From positions 36,111-100,110 of the forward strand of contig JAITWI010000008.1 in assembly GCA_031285345.1 (NCBI GenBank): DNA of 64,000 bases. The letters are read 5' to 3'. The position numbers and the translations under genes were made by a program. Origin of the DNA: Alistipes sp. Its GTDB lineage: Bacteria > Bacteroidota > Bacteroidia > Bacteroidales > Rikenellaceae. Below are positions 61,997 through 64,000 of this stretch, in pieces; position 1 is the stretch's first letter, and each line of letters begins with the position of its first letter. The notes under the pieces were generated by a model. That model saw only the letters and a program-made list of their open reading frames with translations. It had not been told where the DNA came from and did no database searches.

Positions 61997-64000
61997 ATGA
62001 ACATTTCTGAGTTAAGCATAAAGAGGCCCGTGTTGGCGACGGTGTTCTCGCTGGTGATCCTGCTGTTCGGGTTCATCGGGTTCACATATCTGGGGGTGAG
62101 GGAGTATCCGAGCGTCGACAACCCCATCATCACCGTGCAGACGTCGTACCCCGGGGCTAACGCCGACGTGATCGAAAGTCAGATAACCGAGCCGCTGGAA
62201 CAAAACATCAACGGCATTCCGGGGATCCGGTCGCTCACTTCCGTTTCGTCGCAGGGGTCGAGCCGCATCACGGTAGAGTTCGAGCTGTCGGTCGATTTGG
62301 AGACCGCCGCCAACGATGTTCGAGATAAGGTTTCCCGCGCCCAGCGATATCTGCCGCGCGACTGCGACCCGCCCACGGTGACCAAGGCCGATGCCGACGC
62401 GAGTCCGATCCTGATGGTGGCGGTGCAGAGCGACGCCCGATCGCTGCTGGAACTGAGCGAGATTGCCGATTTGACCATCAAGGAGCAGTTGCAGACCATT
62501 CCCAACGTGAGCGGGGTGGAGATTTGGGGCGAAAAACGATACGCGATGCGTCTGTGGCTCGACCCGGTGAAGATGGCGGCACACGGCGTGACGACGATGG
62601 ACGTGAAGGCGGCGGTCGATCGCGAGAACGTGGAGCTGCCCAGCGGAAGCATCGAGGGCAACACCATCGAACTTTCGATCCGCACCCTGGGGCTGCTGCA
62701 CACCGCCGCCGAGTTCGACAATCTGATCGTGCGCACCGACGGGCAGCGGGTGGTGAGGATGCGCGACGTGGGTTGGGCGGAACTCTCGCCGAGGGATATG
62801 CGCTCCTATATGAAGATGAACGGCGTGCCGATGGTGGGGGTGGTTGTGATCCCGCAGCCGGGTGCCAACCACATCGAGATTGCCGACGCGGTGTACGCCC
62901 GAATGGAGACGATGGCCAAAGACCTGCCCGACGATGTGACCACCGGCTACGGGTTCGACAACACGAGATTCATTCGCGCGTCGATATCGGAGGTGGTGGA
63001 GACGGTGTGGGTGGCTTTCCTGTTGGTTATTATCATCATATTTTTGTTCTTGCGCGACTGGCGGGTGACGCTGGTGCCGGTGGTGGTGATTCCGGTGTCG
63101 CTCATAGGGACTTTCTTTGTGATGTATGTCGCCGGATTCTCGATCAACACCCTGACGATGTTGGCCGTGGTGCTGGCGATCGGGCTGGTGGTGGACGATG
63201 CCATAGTAATGACCGAGAACATATATATAAGGATAGAGCGCGGGATGACGCCGCACGACGCGGGGATAGAGGGGGCGAAGGAGATTTTCTTCGCGGTGGT
63301 GTCGACTACGATAACCCTTGTGGCCGTATTCCTGCCGATCGTGTTTATGAGCGGGATGACGGGGCGGCTATTCAGGGAGTTTAGCCTCGTGGTGGCGGGC
63401 GCGGTGACCATATCGTCTTTCGCGGCGCTGACGCTCACCCCCATGCTCTCGACTCGGATTTTGAAACGGCGCACGCGCCAGAGTTGGCTCTACCGCTCGA
63501 CCGAGCCTTTCTTCGTGTGGTTGAACGGAATATATCGCCGCTCTTTGGAGGGCTTTTTGCGTCGGCGGTGGATGGCGCTGCCCATCGTGGCGGCTATGTT
63601 GGGGCTGATAGTGTGGCTGTGGGGGGCGATCCCGGGTGAGCTGGCTCCGTTGGAGGACCGTTCGTCGGTGTCGATCCGAACCATGGGGCCCGAGGGTATC
63701 ACCTACGAATATATGCGCGACTACACCGAGAGTATAAACCTGCTGGCCGATTCGCTGGTGCCCGAGGCGAGGTTCGTAACGGCGCGCGTGGGCGGAATGG
63801 GCGGCACGAGTTCGGGCAACATACAGATAGAACTGACCGACATAACCGACCGCAAGCGCACCCAAATGGAGGTGGCCGAGGCTCTGTCGGCGGCGGTGCG
63901 TATGCAGACCGACGCGCGGGCGCTCGTGCAGCAACGGTCGACCTTCGGCGGAGGACGGGGTGGCGGAATGCCGGTGCAGTATGTGTTGCAGGCGACCGAC
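61997..64000 (+). CDS. efflux RND transporter permease (AcrB/HAE1 family), 3' end outside the window
   Basis: My own translation from ATG 61997 gives MNISELSIKRPVLATVFSLVILLFGFIGFTYLGVREYPSVDNP and later AIGLVVDDAIVMTENIYIRIE. The frame stays open to the window edge, which is why it is absent from the ORF track. Confidence 0.9.
   Translation, partial: MNISELSIKRPVLATVFSLVILLFGFIGFTYLGVREYPSVDNPIITVQTSYPGANADVIESQITEPLEQNINGIPGIRSLTSVSSQGSSRITVEFELSVDLETAANDVRDKVSRAQRYLPRDCDPPTVTKADADASPILMVAVQSDARSLLELSEIADLTIKEQLQTIPNVSGVEIWGEKRYAMRLWLDPVKMAAHGVTTMDVKAAVDRENVELPSGSIEGNTIELSIRTLGLLHTAAEFDNLIVRTDGQRVVRMRDVGWAELSPRDMRSYMKMNGVPMVGVVVIPQPGANHIEIADAVYARMETMAKDLPDDVTTGYGFDNTRFIRASISEVVETVWVAFLLVIIIIFLFLRDWRVTLVPVVVIPVSLIGTFFVMYVAGFSINTLTMLAVVLAIGLVVDDAIVMTENIYIRIERGMTPHDAGIEGAKEIFFAVVSTTITLVAVFLPIVFMSGMTGRLFREFSLVVAGAVTISSFAALTLTPMLSTRILKRRTRQSWLYRSTEPFFVWLNGIYRRSLEGFLRRRWMALPIVAAMLGLIVWLWGAIPGELAPLEDRSSVSIRTMGPEGITYEYMRDYTESINLLADSLVPEARFVTARVGGMGGTSSGNIQIELTDITDRKRTQMEVAEALSAAVRMQTDARALVQQRSTFGGGRGGGMPVQYVLQATD

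Noticed and set aside
1-64000. CRISPR arrays, rRNA or tRNA genes, transposases, integrases, and toxin-antitoxin or defence-system genes.
   Set aside because: None were seen. The intergenic regions are short and are accounted for by promoters, terminators and the repeats listed. No ORF shows recombinase, nuclease or Cas-like motifs that I could recognise.

Overview
GC-rich (about 60% by eye) chromosomal segment of a Bacteroidota-type genome, probably Bacteroidales. That placement is an inference from gene content, lipoprotein-rich surface loci and TAnnTTTG promoter boxes. Positions 1-11.9 kb hold the distal dcw cell-wall and division cluster (murE partial, mraY, murD, ftsW, murG, murC, ftsQ, ftsA, ftsZ). 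The rest is mostly housekeeping and envelope genes: a GldE-like CorC/HlyC protein, a PPTase, two L,D-transpeptidases, a MATE pump, a class-III aminotransferase, rsgA, cvpA, a GH2 glycosidase, wbqC-ispG-porin-TPR, a giant TldD/PmbA fusion, folC, lnt, cmk, ispH, pepT, fabH, and an RND pump at the 3' edge. Three accessory surface-protein loci interrupt this: 17.7-20.9 kb, 38.2-40.9 kb and a seven-gene locus at 50.7-60.8 kb. The most unusual signal is a short repeat element (85-100 nt) present twice. It has no terminal inverted repeats and lies in the same orientation relative to its host gene in both copies. Each copy is flanked by a long target duplication of different length (20 bp and 37-38 bp). 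One copy sits in frame inside the conserved EADEYD motif of essential murC. The other sits at the stop codon of fabH and rebuilds that stop. Other notable points are a perfect 18-bp-arm palindrome carrying two outward-facing -7 boxes between lnt and a LysE gene, an A11 tract plus palindrome upstream of surface-lipoprotein genes, and many frame-preserving low-complexity insertions and tandem repeats in core enzymes. No rRNA, tRNA, CRISPR array, transposase or integrase gene was seen.
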